The position numbers were made by a program, and so were the translations under genes. Shown here piece by piece: positions 1-10,238 of a stretch of DNA of 57,133 nucleotides (position 1 is the stretch's first letter; every line of letters starts with the position of its first letter). The stretch covers positions 124,001 through 181,133 of the forward strand of contig JAKLKB010000001.1 in the NCBI GenBank assembly GCA_023150835.1, written 5' to 3'. Source of the stretch: Myxococcota bacterium. Its GTDB lineage: Bacteria; Myxococcota_C; UBA6777. A model generated the notes under the pieces. That model searched no databases. It was not told the origin of the DNA and saw only the letters and a list, made by a program, of their open reading frames with translations.

Positions 1-317
1 GTCTTCAAGCACAAGGTTCAGCGCGCATCACAGCTCGCCAAATCGAAGCAGCGCGTATCGCGATCAATCGCCATATCCGTCGTAGTGGGAAGATGTGGAT
101 TCGCATTTTTCCTGATCGCTCTGTGACTAAAAAGCCTGCAGAAACACGGATGGGAAAAGGTAAAGGGAACCCTGAATTGTGGGTTGCTGTCGTGAAACCC
201 GGTCGTGTTATGTACGAATTGGAAGGTGTCTCCGAGGATTTGGCGCGTGAAGCGTTGACCCTTGCGGCTGCCAAGCTCCCCATCCCGACCAAAGTGATTG
301 TACGGGAGGAGTTTTAA
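1..317 (+). CDS. rplP: 50S ribosomal protein L16, 5'-truncated by window edge
   Basis: Frame open from base 3: [13 protein letters not shown]...MWIRIFPD...[12 protein letters not shown]; lies before L29. Confidence 0.97.
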   Translation, partial: LQAQGSARITARQIEAARIAINRHIRRSGKMWIRIFPDRSVTKKPAETRMGKGKGNPELWVAVVKPGRVMYELEGVSEDLAREALTLAAAKLPIPTKVIVREEF

Positions 318-320
318 ATC

Positions 321-530
321 ATGTCCGAACATATCCTAAAAACAGAAGAATTGCGCAATCGTACAGTTGACGAGTTATCCAAACAACTCGTCGAGTTGAA
401 ACAAGAACTGTTCAATTTGCGCTTCCAACATCACACAGGCCAGCTCGAAAACTTTCGTCGCATTGCCCATGTGAAACGAAATATTGCGCGCCTCAGCACG
501 ATCTTGCGTGAGCGTGCGCTCCACGCTTGA
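321..530 (+). CDS. rpmC: 50S ribosomal protein L29
   Basis: ELR...[14 protein letters not shown]...KRNIAR motif; GGAGG RBS; S10 operon order. Confidence 0.97.
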   Translation: MSEHILKTEELRNRTVDELSKQLVELKQELFNLRFQHHTGQLENFRRIAHVKRNIARLSTILRERALHA

Positions 531-629
531 GTCGGGCATCCGCCCAGCCCATCGCGTCTTCCTCCTATCCTTGAGCGCCCACCTCGCAAACGCACAAAAA
601 AAGCAATGCTTCTTGTGCAAAAATAACTC

Positions 630-659
630 TTGACAGCAGATCAAAGACTGCTGTATAAA
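630..659 (+). promoter_or_regulatory. Putative sigma70 promoter inside the S10 operon with overlapping palindrome
   Basis: TTGACA (630-635), 18-bp spacer, TATAAA (654-659); inverted repeat ACAGCAG-N8-CTGCTGT (633-654). Confidence 0.55.
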
Positions 660-820
660 ACGGCGCTCTTTAAGAGTCCGCTTGATCTTTTGATGCGTCT
701 TGGCACCTCACAAAGAACGGGTCCACGCAAAACAAGATCCTCCCCAATGTATGGTGCGCATTTCTACGGCAAGACTCGGCCTCTGAACCGAGCAAGCACT
801 GAAAAGCATAAGGTTTACCG

Positions 821-1084
821 ATGAGTGAGCAAAAGGGCAATCGCCGAACCCTAACTGGGATCGTTGTGAGCGACAAAATGGACAAGACGGTGGTGGTTGA
901 GGTCGAGCGCTTCGTTCAAAACCGCCAATTCAAGAAGTATACGACGCGCCGAAATCGTTATAAAGCGCACGATGAACAAAATCTTTGTCGTGTGGGTGAT
1001 CGTGTCATGATCGAAGAAACGCGCCCGATCAGCCGTGACAAGCGCTGGCGTGTTCAGCGGACGATTGAAAAGTCTCCCGAATAA
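821..1084 (+). CDS. rpsQ: 30S ribosomal protein S17
   Basis: [14 protein letters not shown]...AHDE...[11 protein letters not shown]. Confidence 0.97.
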   Translation: MSEQKGNRRTLTGIVVSDKMDKTVVVEVERFVQNRQFKKYTTRRNRYKAHDEQNLCRVGDRVMIEETRPISRDKRWRVQRTIEKSPE

Positions 1085-1119
1085 GCGCCGTTGGCGCGTT
1101 TCGGCGCAGGAGGAGTTCC

Positions 1120-1488
1120 ATGATTCAGATGCAAACCGCGCTCGAGGTCGCAGACAACTCTGGCGCCAAAAAAGTGATGTGCATCAAGGTGTTGGGTGGT
1201 TCAAGAAGACGCTACGCTTCGATCGGTGATGTGATCGTTGTTTCCGTCAAAGAAGCTCTGCCCAACTCAAAAGTAAAAAAAGGTGACGTTCACAAGGCTG
1301 TGGTCGTTCGTACCCGCAAAGAACTTGGACGTCCAGATGGTTCGTACATCCGCTTTGATGAAAATTCAGCGGTGTTGTTGAACAACCAAAATGAGCCGAT
1401 CGGTACGCGTATCTTTGGACCCGTAGCCCGTGAATTGCGCGCAAAACAATTCATGAAGATCGTCTCCTTGGCTCCGGAGGTACTCTAA
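1120..1488 (+). CDS. rplN: 50S ribosomal protein L14
   Basis: [16 protein letters not shown]...[12 protein letters not shown]...SLAPEVL. Confidence 0.99.
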   Translation: MIQMQTALEVADNSGAKKVMCIKVLGGSRRRYASIGDVIVVSVKEALPNSKVKKGDVHKAVVVRTRKELGRPDGSYIRFDENSAVLLNNQNEPIGTRIFGPVARELRAKQFMKIVSLAPEVL

Positions 1489-1859
1489 TGGCTGCCAAGA
1501 TCCGTAAAGGCGATCTCGTCGAAGTGATTGCGGGTGCATACAAAGACACTCGTGGTCGTGTGATCCGTGTGCAATCTAGTAAAAACCGCGTGTGGGTTGA
1601 AAAGATAAATATCATCAAACGCCACAAGCGCGGCGTGACGGGCCAATCGGAAAGTGAGATCCTGCGTAAGGAAGCCCCGATCGACATCAGCAACGTGATG
1701 ATCGTGGACCCCAAAACCAACGAACCCACCCGTGTCGGTTTTAAATTGGTCTTTGATATCTCTGACGAAGAGCGGCAGCGTCTCGAAGCTGCGGGTACTC
1801 CAGTCAAGCCCTTGAAAAAAGTCCGCTACGCCAAAAAAAGTGGCGAGATCTTGGATTGA
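1488..1859 (+). CDS. rplX: 50S ribosomal protein L24
   Basis: KIRKGDLVEVIAG (KOW), KEAPIDISNV, PTRVGF; coupled to rplN by a TAATG overlap. Confidence 0.96.
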   Translation: MAAKIRKGDLVEVIAGAYKDTRGRVIRVQSSKNRVWVEKINIIKRHKRGVTGQSESEILRKEAPIDISNVMIVDPKTNEPTRVGFKLVFDISDEERQRLEAAGTPVKPLKKVRYAKKSGEILD

Positions 1860-1983
1860 CGCTTCCCGTAAAAGCCGACAGACCACTCTTTTCACGCACG
1901 CAAACTGTGATGCGTCTTTGAGTCGTCTTCGTACCGTGTTCTTTTGATGATTGGACCGGTAATAGAAAGAAACAGGTGACGGT

Positions 1984-2535
1984 ATGGCGAGAGCAATTCC
2001 TCTCAAAGAAAAATATGAAAACGAAGTCGTCGGCGCGCTGATGCGGGAGTTTGGCTACAAAAACCGTATGCAGGTTCCGCAGATCGAAAAAGTAGTGATC
2101 AACATCGGTCTTGGCGAAGCTGTCCAAAACCCGAAAGTGGTGGACGCTGCTCTCCAAGATCTCGAAATTATCGCAGGCCAAAAACCCATCGTGACGCGCG
2201 CCCGCCTTTCTATCGCAGGCTTCAAATTGCGCGAAGGGATGCGTATCGGTTGTTGTGTCACCCTACGCAAACAACGTATGTACGAATTTCTGGAGCGATT
2301 GATGAACGTCGCTCTTCCACGCGTACGTGACTTTCGCGGCATCTCTCAAAAAGCTTTTGATGGAAAAGGCAACTATTCTCTGGGGATCCGTGAACAAATT
2401 ATTTTTCCAGAAATCGACTACGACAAGATCGACAAGATCCGCGGTATGAATATCACGATCGTGACCTCCGCACAAAGCGATGACGAGGGCCGTGCTCTGC
2501 TGAAGCACCTTGGGATGCCTTTCCGCCGCGCTTAA
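1984..2535 (+). CDS. rplE: 50S ribosomal protein L5
   Basis: [32 protein letters not shown]. Confidence 0.99.
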   Translation: MARAIPLKEKYENEVVGALMREFGYKNRMQVPQIEKVVINIGLGEAVQNPKVVDAALQDLEIIAGQKPIVTRARLSIAGFKLREGMRIGCCVTLRKQRMYEFLERLMNVALPRVRDFRGISQKAFDGKGNYSLGIREQIIFPEIDYDKIDKIRGMNITIVTSAQSDDEGRALLKHLGMPFRRA

Positions 2536-2640
2536 ACGATCTGCCCTGTGTTTTGGGCGTTGGAACTGACTGTGTACCCCTTTGCTGTATCTCCCGCCCT
2601 CAGGGTCGGTTGAGCGTTATGAAGAATGAGGAGTGCTCCC

Positions 2641-3042
2641 ATGGCTGCGATCTCTGATCCGATCGCCGATATGCTGACGCGGATCCGCAACGCGATCCTC
2701 GCAAAACATCAGCAAGTGACGATTCCTTTATCAAAAATTAAACTCCGTATCGCGGAGATCCTTCAAGAAGAAGGCTACATCGAGGACTTCTCGGTGCAAG
2801 AACAACCCCCCCAAGATGTCCTGACCATCCAACTGCGCTACAAACGCCGTAACGAATCCTCTATCCAAGGTCTTCGTCGGATCAGCCGTCCTGGACGACG
2901 CGTGTATGCAGACACTCGCACTCTTCCTCGCGTTCGTTCGGGCCTTGGAATCGCCATCCTCTCCACTTCCAGCGGGCTGATGAGCGACAAAAAAGCACGC
3001 GAAACCAACGTTGGTGGCGAAGTTCTTTGTTACGTCTGGTAG
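2641..3042 (+). CDS. rpsH: 30S ribosomal protein S8
   Basis: DPIADMLTRIRNA...SRPGRRVY...GGEVLCYVW; ATG 2641 after GAGGAG. Confidence 0.98.
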   Translation: MAAISDPIADMLTRIRNAILAKHQQVTIPLSKIKLRIAEILQEEGYIEDFSVQEQPPQDVLTIQLRYKRRNESSIQGLRRISRPGRRVYADTRTLPRVRSGLGIAILSTSSGLMSDKKARETNVGGEVLCYVW

Positions 3043-3106
3043 TTTCCAGTCATCGCTAACCAGCGACGAGGCTATTCCTCGCGCTAGATCAAAAAGGGCA
3101 AGTGCC

Positions 3107-3688
3107 ATGAGCCGCATAGGCAAACTGCCGATCCGTGTTCCCGCCAACGTAAACGTCAAGATCGAAAATCAAAACATCACGATCAAAGGACCGCGCGGCG
3201 AACTCAGCCAATCCTTTCGAAACGATATCCATGTCGCTTTCGAAGAAAACCAGATCGTCCTCACCCGAAAAGACGACGAACGTACGACCCGTGCTTTCCA
3301 TGGCCTCTACCGAGCACTTTTTGCCAATATGGTCACGGGTGTGACGCAAGGCTTCGTTAAAAGCCTTGAATTGGTTGGTGTCGGATACCGTGCTGCCATT
3401 GAAAAAGTCAATGGTGCGGATTGCATCGTCTTCAAAAAAGGCGAACTTGGCTATAGCCATCCCATCCAATTTCCTATCCCTGATGGAATCAAGGCCGAAG
3501 TCCAAGATCGTATCAAGATCATCTTGAAAGGCAACGACAAAGGCCAGCTCGGTCAAGTCGCCGCTACTCTTCGTGAATTGCGCCCCCCTGACGCTTACAA
3601 AGGCAAAGGGATCCGCTACACCGGCGAACAAGTTCGCACAAAAGTCGGAAAAACAGGTGGTAAAGGCGGCAAAGGCGGCAAAAAGTAA
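3107..3688 (+). CDS. rplF: 50S ribosomal protein L6
   Basis: MSRIGKLPI...GVGYRA...RPPDAYKGKGIRY. Confidence 0.98.
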   Translation: MSRIGKLPIRVPANVNVKIENQNITIKGPRGELSQSFRNDIHVAFEENQIVLTRKDDERTTRAFHGLYRALFANMVTGVTQGFVKSLELVGVGYRAAIEKVNGADCIVFKKGELGYSHPIQFPIPDGIKAEVQDRIKIILKGNDKGQLGQVAATLRELRPPDAYKGKGIRYTGEQVRTKVGKTGGKGGKGGKK

Positions 3689-3765
3689 TTTTTCGTTGAC
3701 GAATTTTCTTCGACGTGTTATCTGCCCCCCTCATTGATCCCGAGGTGTGCTCTAAGGAGGCTAGG

Positions 3766-4134
3766 ATGGGCAAGACCAATCCAAAACTGCAGGCGCGTTT
3801 ACGTCGTAAGCGACGCATCCGTGCGACGATCTCGGGTACTCCTGAGCGCCCCCGCCTGACAGTCTTTCGTAGCAGCAAGTTTATCTATGCACAAATCATC
3901 GATGACCAAGCCGGGCATACCCTTGCCTCGGTTTCGGACCAATCGCCACAACTCCGCGAAGATCTCAAATCCTTAAAAAAGAAGGAACGCGCTGCACGTG
4001 TAGGCCAACTGCTCGCTGAGCGTTGTAAAGAACTTGGCATCACTTCTGTTGTCTTCGACCGCAATGGTTACATTTACCACGGTCGTGTTCAAGCTCTCGC
4101 AGACGGCGCCCGTGAAGGCGGTCTGGAATTCTAG
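3766..4134 (+). CDS. rplR: 50S ribosomal protein L18
   Basis: [41 protein letters not shown]. Confidence 0.98.
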   Translation: MGKTNPKLQARLRRKRRIRATISGTPERPRLTVFRSSKFIYAQIIDDQAGHTLASVSDQSPQLREDLKSLKKKERAARVGQLLAERCKELGITSVVFDRNGYIYHGRVQALADGAREGGLEF

Positions 4135-4143
4135 GAGGATCAT

Positions 4144-4662
4144 GTGGCCACGTTGAATCGCGAGCAAATGGAACAGCTCAACCCCGAAGACCTGAAAGAG
4201 CGGGTTGTCATGATCAACCGCACTGCGAAAGTTGTAAAAGGCGGTCGCCGCTTTTCTTTCAACGCGCTTGTCGTGGTTGGTAATAACGAAGGTTGCGTTG
4301 GCAGCGGGCTTGGAAAAGCCAACGAAGTTCCCGAAGCCATCCGAAAAGGCAGTGATCGTGCAAAACGCGAACTCATCGCCGTTCCCGTAATGAACGAAAC
4401 CATCCCCCATGAAGTCATCGGCCATTTTGGCGCAGCACGCGTCCTTTTGCGCCCTGCTTCTTCTGGTACGGGCGTTATCGCGGGTGGTGCTGTTCGCGCT
4501 GTCCTTGAATCTGCTGGTATCAAAAACATCTTGACTAAGTGTCTCGGAACAACCAACCCACACAACGTCGTAAAAGCTACGCTCAACGCTCTTGAGCAGC
4601 TACGCTCGCCCGAAGATACGGCGCAAATGCGTGGTAAAGCGCTTGACGAGATCCAGCGCTAA
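4144..4662 (+). CDS. rpsE: 30S ribosomal protein S5
   Basis: [34 protein letters not shown]. Confidence 0.98.
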   Translation: MATLNREQMEQLNPEDLKERVVMINRTAKVVKGGRRFSFNALVVVGNNEGCVGSGLGKANEVPEAIRKGSDRAKRELIAVPVMNETIPHEVIGHFGAARVLLRPASSGTGVIAGGAVRAVLESAGIKNILTKCLGTTNPHNVVKATLNALEQLRSPEDTAQMRGKALDEIQR

Positions 4663-4677
4663 GAGGAGACCGGACCT

Positions 4678-4860
4678 ATGGCAAAAAAACTTCAAATCAC
4701 TCAAGTTCGCAGCGTGATCGGTCGCCCACTACGACAACGTTCCACTTTGCGCAGCCTCGGGTTGCGCAAAATCGGCCACAGTGTCGAGATCAACGATACG
4801 CCAGAAACGCGCGGCATGGTTCGCGCTGTCGAGCACCTTGTCGAGTGGAAGGAACGATAA
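4678..4860 (+). CDS. rpmD: 50S ribosomal protein L30
   Basis: [11 protein letters not shown]...LGLRKI...TP..RGM. Confidence 0.96.
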   Translation: MAKKLQITQVRSVIGRPLRQRSTLRSLGLRKIGHSVEINDTPETRGMVRAVEHLVEWKER

Positions 4861-4861
4861 A

Positions 4862-5329
4862 ATGTCTGACAAGATGCTGTCGCGCCTGCAACCCCCAAAA
4901 GGCGCAGTAAAAAAGAAAAAGCGCGTGGGTCGTGGCCCCGGTTCCGGCCTCGGTAAAACAGCTGGCCGCGGCCATAAAGGCCAACACGCTCGCGCTGGAG
5001 CAGGACCTCACCCCCGATTTGAAGGGGGCCAAATGCCTCTCCAACGTCGCCTCCCCAAACGTGGCTTTACCAACCTCTTTCGCCAAGAATACCACGTCGT
5101 TAACGTGCGTGACCTTCAAACGTTTTCTGCTGGTTCTATTGTCGACGTCGAGACTCTCGCTCAACGCGGCCTCGCTCCTTTGAATCTCAATAACGCAGGC
5201 GTCAAAGTTCTTGGGGATGGTGAAATTAACGTCGCGCTGACTGTTCGTGCGCATCGCTTCTCGGCTGCTGCCCGTGAAAAAATCGAGGCCGCAGGCGGAA
5301 CCGTCGAGGTAATCGAAAGTGCTCAGTAA
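4862..5329 (+). CDS. rplO: 50S ribosomal protein L15
   Basis: [37 protein letters not shown]. Confidence 0.98.
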   Translation: MSDKMLSRLQPPKGAVKKKKRVGRGPGSGLGKTAGRGHKGQHARAGAGPHPRFEGGQMPLQRRLPKRGFTNLFRQEYHVVNVRDLQTFSAGSIVDVETLAQRGLAPLNLNNAGVKVLGDGEINVALTVRAHRFSAAAREKIEAAGGTVEVIESAQ

Positions 5330-6635
5330 CTTCGCAAACATCACGCGCGTCCCCGAACTTCGGCGTCGCATCCTTTTTACTCTCGGTATGCTCGCGGTCT
5401 ACCGCGTCGGGGTATTTATTACTATCCCGGGCGTAAACCGTGAAAAAATGATGCGAATGGTCGGCGGCGGTGGCGGCGGAAGAGGCGGTCTACTCGGCCT
5501 ATTTAACATGTTCACGGGCGGCGCTCTCGAACGGATGTCGATCTTTGCGTTGGGCATCATGCCCTACATTAGTGCCTCGATCATCATCCAACTCTTGCAA
5601 GTCGTTGTCCCCACGTTGACTCGTCTTTCTAAAGAAGGCGAGGTCGGACGACAAAAAATCAACCAATACACACGCTACGGCACCATCCTGCTGAGCATCG
5701 TGCAAGGGATCGGGATCGGCTTCTGGCTTCGCAGCCAAAGCGTCACCATCCCCGGATTGGTGGTTTATGCCGACTTCATGTTTATTTTCATGACTGTGTT
5801 GACCCTGACGTGTGGTGCTGTTTTCTTGATGTGGCTCGGTGAGAAAATGACCGAACATGGCATCGGAAATGGGATCAGCCTCCTGATTTATGCGGGTATT
5901 GTCGCAGCTTTCCCTTCGGCTATCGCCTCAACTGTCGATATGTTCTCCGAAAAGCTCGTCGAACTTCTTCTCCTCGTTGCCTTTATGATCCTTGTTGTTG
6001 GTGTGATCGTCTTTTTTGAACGCGCACATCGACGTATCCCTGTCCAATACGCCAAGCGCGTCATCGGAAACCAAGTCACAGGCGGTCAAGCCTCACACCT
6101 ACCCCTCAAAGTCAATACTGCCGGTGTGATCCCCCCGATCTTTGCATCGTCGGTCTTGATGTTCCCTGCTACCGTTTCCCAGTGGCTCCCTATCCTCAAG
6201 CCCGTTTCCGATAACTTGCGCTTTGATGGCCTTCTCTATAACAGCATTTATGTCGCTCTCACCGTCTTCTTTGCTTACTTTTATACTGCCGTCACATTTA
6301 ACCCGACCGACGTCGCAGACAATATCAAGAAAAACGGCGGCTATATCCCCGGATATCGCCCCGGAAAACAAACTGCTGAGTATATCGACTTTGTGCTTTC
6401 CCGAATCACCTTTGCGGGAGCCGTCTATCTCTCGGCTGTTTGCGTGTTGCCCAACATCTTGATCGCAAAGTACGGCGTTCCCTTTTATTTTGGAGGGACA
6501 TCTTTGCTGATCGTTGTCGGTGTTGCCCTTGATACCGCACAACAGATCGAGTCGCACCTGATCACTCGCCATTATGAAGGTCTGACCGGGTCTCGTGGTA
6601 CAAAAATTCGCGGTCGAAACAGTTCTACCGCTTGA
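5319..6635 (+). CDS. secY: Preprotein translocase subunit SecY
   Basis: [41 protein letters not shown]; about 10 hydrophobic segments. Confidence 0.99.
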   Translation: MLSNFANITRVPELRRRILFTLGMLAVYRVGVFITIPGVNREKMMRMVGGGGGGRGGLLGLFNMFTGGALERMSIFALGIMPYISASIIIQLLQVVVPTLTRLSKEGEVGRQKINQYTRYGTILLSIVQGIGIGFWLRSQSVTIPGLVVYADFMFIFMTVLTLTCGAVFLMWLGEKMTEHGIGNGISLLIYAGIVAAFPSAIASTVDMFSEKLVELLLLVAFMILVVGVIVFFERAHRRIPVQYAKRVIGNQVTGGQASHLPLKVNTAGVIPPIFASSVLMFPATVSQWLPILKPVSDNLRFDGLLYNSIYVALTVFFAYFYTAVTFNPTDVADNIKKNGGYIPGYRPGKQTAEYIDFVLSRITFAGAVYLSAVCVLPNILIAKYGVPFYFGGTSLLIVVGVALDTAQQIESHLITRHYEGLTGSRGTKIRGRNSSTA

Positions 6636-6820
6636 CGATCTCAACGTGATCGTGTACCTCAAACCAACCTGAGAGAACCCTCCCACAGGAAAAAGTCACG
6701 AAATAGAGGGAAAAGTCGAAACACTCCATCCCTCACCCTCTACAACACGGGCCAAAACCGCAATCTCGGTGAAGGCCCTCCTTCCCAAGGCAAACGTACT
6801 TGGGTCTCACGGGCTAAACA

Positions 6821-6934
6821 ATGAAAGTTCGAGCTTCTGTGAAAAAAATCTGCGATAAATGCAAGGTCGTCAAACGACGTGGCGTCGTTCGAGTGATCTG
6901 CGATAACCCCAAGCATAAACAGCGTCAGGGCTAA
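6821..6934 (+). CDS. rpmJ: 50S ribosomal protein L36, Zn-binding (C+) form; too short for the ORF track
   Basis: Manual translation [37 protein letters not shown]. Confidence 0.97.
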   Translation: MKVRASVKKICDKCKVVKRRGVVRVICDNPKHKQRQG

Positions 6935-6946
6935 GGGAGAAAGAGC

Positions 6947-7312
6947 ATGGCACGCATCGCTGGTATCGACCTGCCGCGCAACAAACGCATCGATATCGCC
7001 TTGACTTACCTTTATGGGGTCGGGCCTCACACCGCCAACAAAATCTTGGAAAAAGCGGACGTCCCCGCTTCCACGCGCACCTATCAGTTGAGCGAAGGTG
7101 AAGTCCAACGTATCCGTAAGGTTATCGAGCAAGAGCACAAAGTAGAAGGGGATCTCCGACGTGAGATCTCTATGAACATCAAGCGCCTTATGGACATCGG
7201 ATGCTATCGGGGACTTCGTCACCGACGTGGCCTTCCTGTTCGCGGCCAACGTACCAAAACCAACGCGCGGACCCGTAAAGGCCCCCGCCGTAACATGATG
7301 CGCAAGCGCTAA
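6947..7312 (+). CDS. rpsM: 30S ribosomal protein S13
   Basis: [10 protein letters not shown]...[26 protein letters not shown]. Confidence 0.99.
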   Translation: MARIAGIDLPRNKRIDIALTYLYGVGPHTANKILEKADVPASTRTYQLSEGEVQRIRKVIEQEHKVEGDLRREISMNIKRLMDIGCYRGLRHRRGLPVRGQRTKTNARTRKGPRRNMMRKR

Positions 7313-7333
7313 TTCACCCGATAGGATACGACG

Positions 7334-7729
7334 ATGGCGAAACCAAAACGAGCCAAAAGCGGACGCAAAAAAGTTAAAAAGAATATCCCTGTTGGCGTCG
7401 CGCATATCCAATCCACTTTCAACAACACCATCGTGACCATCTCCGACCCCTCCGGAAATGTTCTCACATGGTCAAGCGCTGGTGAGCGCGGCTTTAAAGG
7501 CTCCCGCAAAAGCACGCCTTATGCTGCACAGCAAGCCGCCGAAGATGCCTCGCGCAAAGCCAAAGAACATGGCATGAAAAGCCTCTCCGTACACGTCAAA
7601 GGTCCCGGATCTGGCCGAGAAGCCGCCTTGCGCTCTCTCGCTGCTTCTGGATTAAAGATCTCCTTGATCCGCGACGTCACGCCGATCCCACACAACGGCT
7701 GCCGACCTCCCAAACGTCGCCGCGTCTGA
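7334..7729 (+). CDS. rpsK: 30S ribosomal protein S11
   Basis: [38 protein letters not shown]. Confidence 0.99.
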   Translation: MAKPKRAKSGRKKVKKNIPVGVAHIQSTFNNTIVTISDPSGNVLTWSSAGERGFKGSRKSTPYAAQQAAEDASRKAKEHGMKSLSVHVKGPGSGREAALRSLAASGLKISLIRDVTPIPHNGCRPPKRRRV

Positions 7730-7812
7730 ATGTCGCGCTTGGTGCGTGATATCTCTCTCCTTGTGAGAGAGTCCCTTGGATCTTCTTGCAAAAACCCTTT
7801 GCTGTTGCATCC

Positions 7813-7851
7813 AACCCGCCATCACTCTTCGATGAAAGAGGGCGGGTTTTT
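7813..7851 (+). terminator. Putative intrinsic terminator between rpsK and rpoA
   Basis: AACCCGCC...GGCGGGTT stem with inner CTCTT/AAGAG pairing, followed by a T-run. Confidence 0.65.
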
Positions 7852-7991
7852 GTTCATCCTCCCGCGTGTCTCTTCAGTATCGTGATGCGCGTGTGTTGGT
7901 AGCCGTTATCGGGCATCTTAATCTCGTTGGGGGGTCCTCTTACTCGTCGTAGGACCGCCCCCTTGCCCATGAGCCGATGGAGTGATTGCCT

Positions 7992-9020
7992 ATGTATAGA
8001 TTTTGGCGTGAGCTGATCAGCCCCAAAAGCCTACAGGTCGATCAGGATTCCCTTAGTGATACGTACGGCAAGTTCGTTGCGGAACCCCTCGAACGTGGTT
8101 TTGGGGTCACGCTTGGAAACTCCCTGCGTCGTGTTTTGCTCTCCTCTATCCAAGGTGCTGCGATCTCTGCTGCAAAAATCGAGGGCGCGCACCACGAATT
8201 TCAAACCCTTCCCGGTGTTCTTGAAGACGTCACAGATATCCTCTTAAATCTAAAAGAAGTTGTCTTGAAGTTTGACGACTACAAACCTGATGTTCGCAAG
8301 CTTCGTGTTGATGTCAAAGGAAAACCCGGGGAAAAGGTGATCGTCAGAGCGCGTGATATCCAAACTCCTCCTGATATCGCGATCCTCAATCCCGACCAAC
8401 ACATCGCAACTTTGATGGAAGATGCTCGACTTCAAGCCGAGTTTACCGCCCACAGCGGACGCGGTTATGTCCCCGCTGAACGCAAACAGTGGGGCGAACT
8501 CCCTGTCGGCACCATCGGCGTAGATGCCATCTTCTCCCCCATCAAAAAAGTGAACTATCTCGTCACCAACGCACGTGTTGGTCAGGTGACTGACTACGAT
8601 AAACTCACCATCGAAGTCTTTACCAACGGCTCCGTTCGGCCCGATGACGCCGTCGCTTTCGCCGCAAAGATTTTGCGTGAGCAACTCTCGATCTTCTTGA
8701 ATTTTGAAGATATCGACGATGCGCCTGATGCCGAGGTCTCCGAAGAAGAGCAAAAACTCAACGAGAACTTGCTGAAAACTGTCGATGAACTCGAACTCTC
8801 TGTTCGATCCGCGAACTGTCTCTCCAACGCAAACATCCGTTATATTGGCGAACTTGTTCAACGCTCCGAACAGGAGATGCTCAACACCAAAAACTTCGGC
8901 CGCAAATCGCTCAAAGAAATCCGCGATGTCTTGGCCGAAATGGGCCTCAGCCTCGGAATGAAGTTGGATAGTTGGCCCCCGAAAGATCTGAAAGAAAAAG
9001 AACGCAAAAACAACGCCTGA
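7992..9020 (+). CDS. rpoA: RNA polymerase alpha subunit
   Basis: [40 protein letters not shown]. Confidence 0.99.
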   Translation: MYRFWRELISPKSLQVDQDSLSDTYGKFVAEPLERGFGVTLGNSLRRVLLSSIQGAAISAAKIEGAHHEFQTLPGVLEDVTDILLNLKEVVLKFDDYKPDVRKLRVDVKGKPGEKVIVRARDIQTPPDIAILNPDQHIATLMEDARLQAEFTAHSGRGYVPAERKQWGELPVGTIGVDAIFSPIKKVNYLVTNARVGQVTDYDKLTIEVFTNGSVRPDDAVAFAAKILREQLSIFLNFEDIDDAPDAEVSEEEQKLNENLLKTVDELELSVRSANCLSNANIRYIGELVQRSEQEMLNTKNFGRKSLKEIRDVLAEMGLSLGMKLDSWPPKDLKEKERKNNA

Positions 9021-9238
9021 TCTTCGCGTTTCTTCGCGGGCTGTGTAGAACTTTGCCACCCTCACAGCCCTCGCTTCATAACGCCACTAAGAACATCCGC
9101 GTTTGTGCTGCAAGAAAAACCATCGCCCCCTGCTTTTGCATTTCTTGTACGCTTCTTCTCTTTCGTTCGCTTGACCTGTCTGAAAACAGGATCCATGCAA
9201 AGAAAAACACGGACGCATAACCATACGAGGACACAATT

Positions 9239-9682
9239 ATGAGACACCGCAAGGATGGCCGTCGGCTCGGGCGTAACAGCAGCCATCGCCGCGCGATGAT
9301 GCGCAACTTGGTCACTTCTTTCCTTGAGCACGGAAAGATCACCACCACCGAAGCTCGCGCCAAAGAACTTCGCCGCGAAGCCGAAAAAATGATCACGCTC
9401 GGAAAACGAGCCCTTCGCTCTTCTTTCCCTGCCGAGCTTCCAGACGAAGAATACCAGCAAAAATACTTGCACCTTTTCCGTCAGGCGCTGTCTTTTCTCC
9501 AAGACAAAGACGTCGCTCGCAAAGTGTTCAACGAGTACGCTCCCGTTTTCGCTCAACGCCCCGGAGGATACACACGCATCCTCAAGCTCGATGCTCGTCA
9601 AGGCGATAACGCGCCTGTCGCTCTCATCGAATTGGTTCACCTTTACGATAAAACCGACAAACCGACCAAAACCGCCCAATAA
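9239..9682 (+). CDS. rplQ: 50S ribosomal protein L17
   Basis: [43 protein letters not shown]. Confidence 0.98.
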   Translation: MRHRKDGRRLGRNSSHRRAMMRNLVTSFLEHGKITTTEARAKELRREAEKMITLGKRALRSSFPAELPDEEYQQKYLHLFRQALSFLQDKDVARKVFNEYAPVFAQRPGGYTRILKLDARQGDNAPVALIELVHLYDKTDKPTKTAQ

Positions 9683-10238
9683 TCCCTCCCTTCGTTCCGC
9701 TCCCATTACCCCTTCTTTCGTTCCGCTCCTGTTACAAACAGGTTTCGGGACGTTCCACACAAAGCACCAGTCCAGCTCCCATTACCCCTCCTTCCTTCCA
9801 CTCCTACTGCCTCTCCTGTCTTCTTTCTCTTGCTGCTCCACAAGGCAAAGGCCGATCGCCTTTATCGTCGACAGAGCCTTCTGTCCTCTTTTTATCTCGT
9901 ACGATCTTCGAGAGATATGCGCCCGAAACTTCGCCCCAATCCGTTGTGATTGTCCTCTTTTTTGACAGCCTTGGGGCGCTTCCCCTGCGCACGTCGATCA
10001 CATCACGTATGGATCTCGTATAACGCCTCCCCAAGCTGCCCGTTTGCTTTTTCTCGGTCTGTTTCCTCCTTGCTCACGTCGATCATAAAGTGGTATAAAC
10101 ACCCCCGCTTCTTCGCTCCTGTTGCTTCTTGCCTTGATTGTGCTTTTTGAGTTCCACAGGGGCTTCTTTCCCATCACTTTTGGGGCGTAGTTTCTTCTTC
10201 AGAAGCTCGCACCGAACCAACACTCGGGCGGTTACATC

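Noticed and set aside
630-824. 64-aa ORF between rpmC and rpsQ
   Set aside because: Its TTG start coincides with the -35 box, it has no RBS and no recognisable similarity
9683-10238. tRNA or structured ncRNA in the pyrimidine-rich gap after rplQ
   Set aside because: No cloverleaf or known RNA motif recognised; only a weak promoter-like TGGTATAAA near 10091
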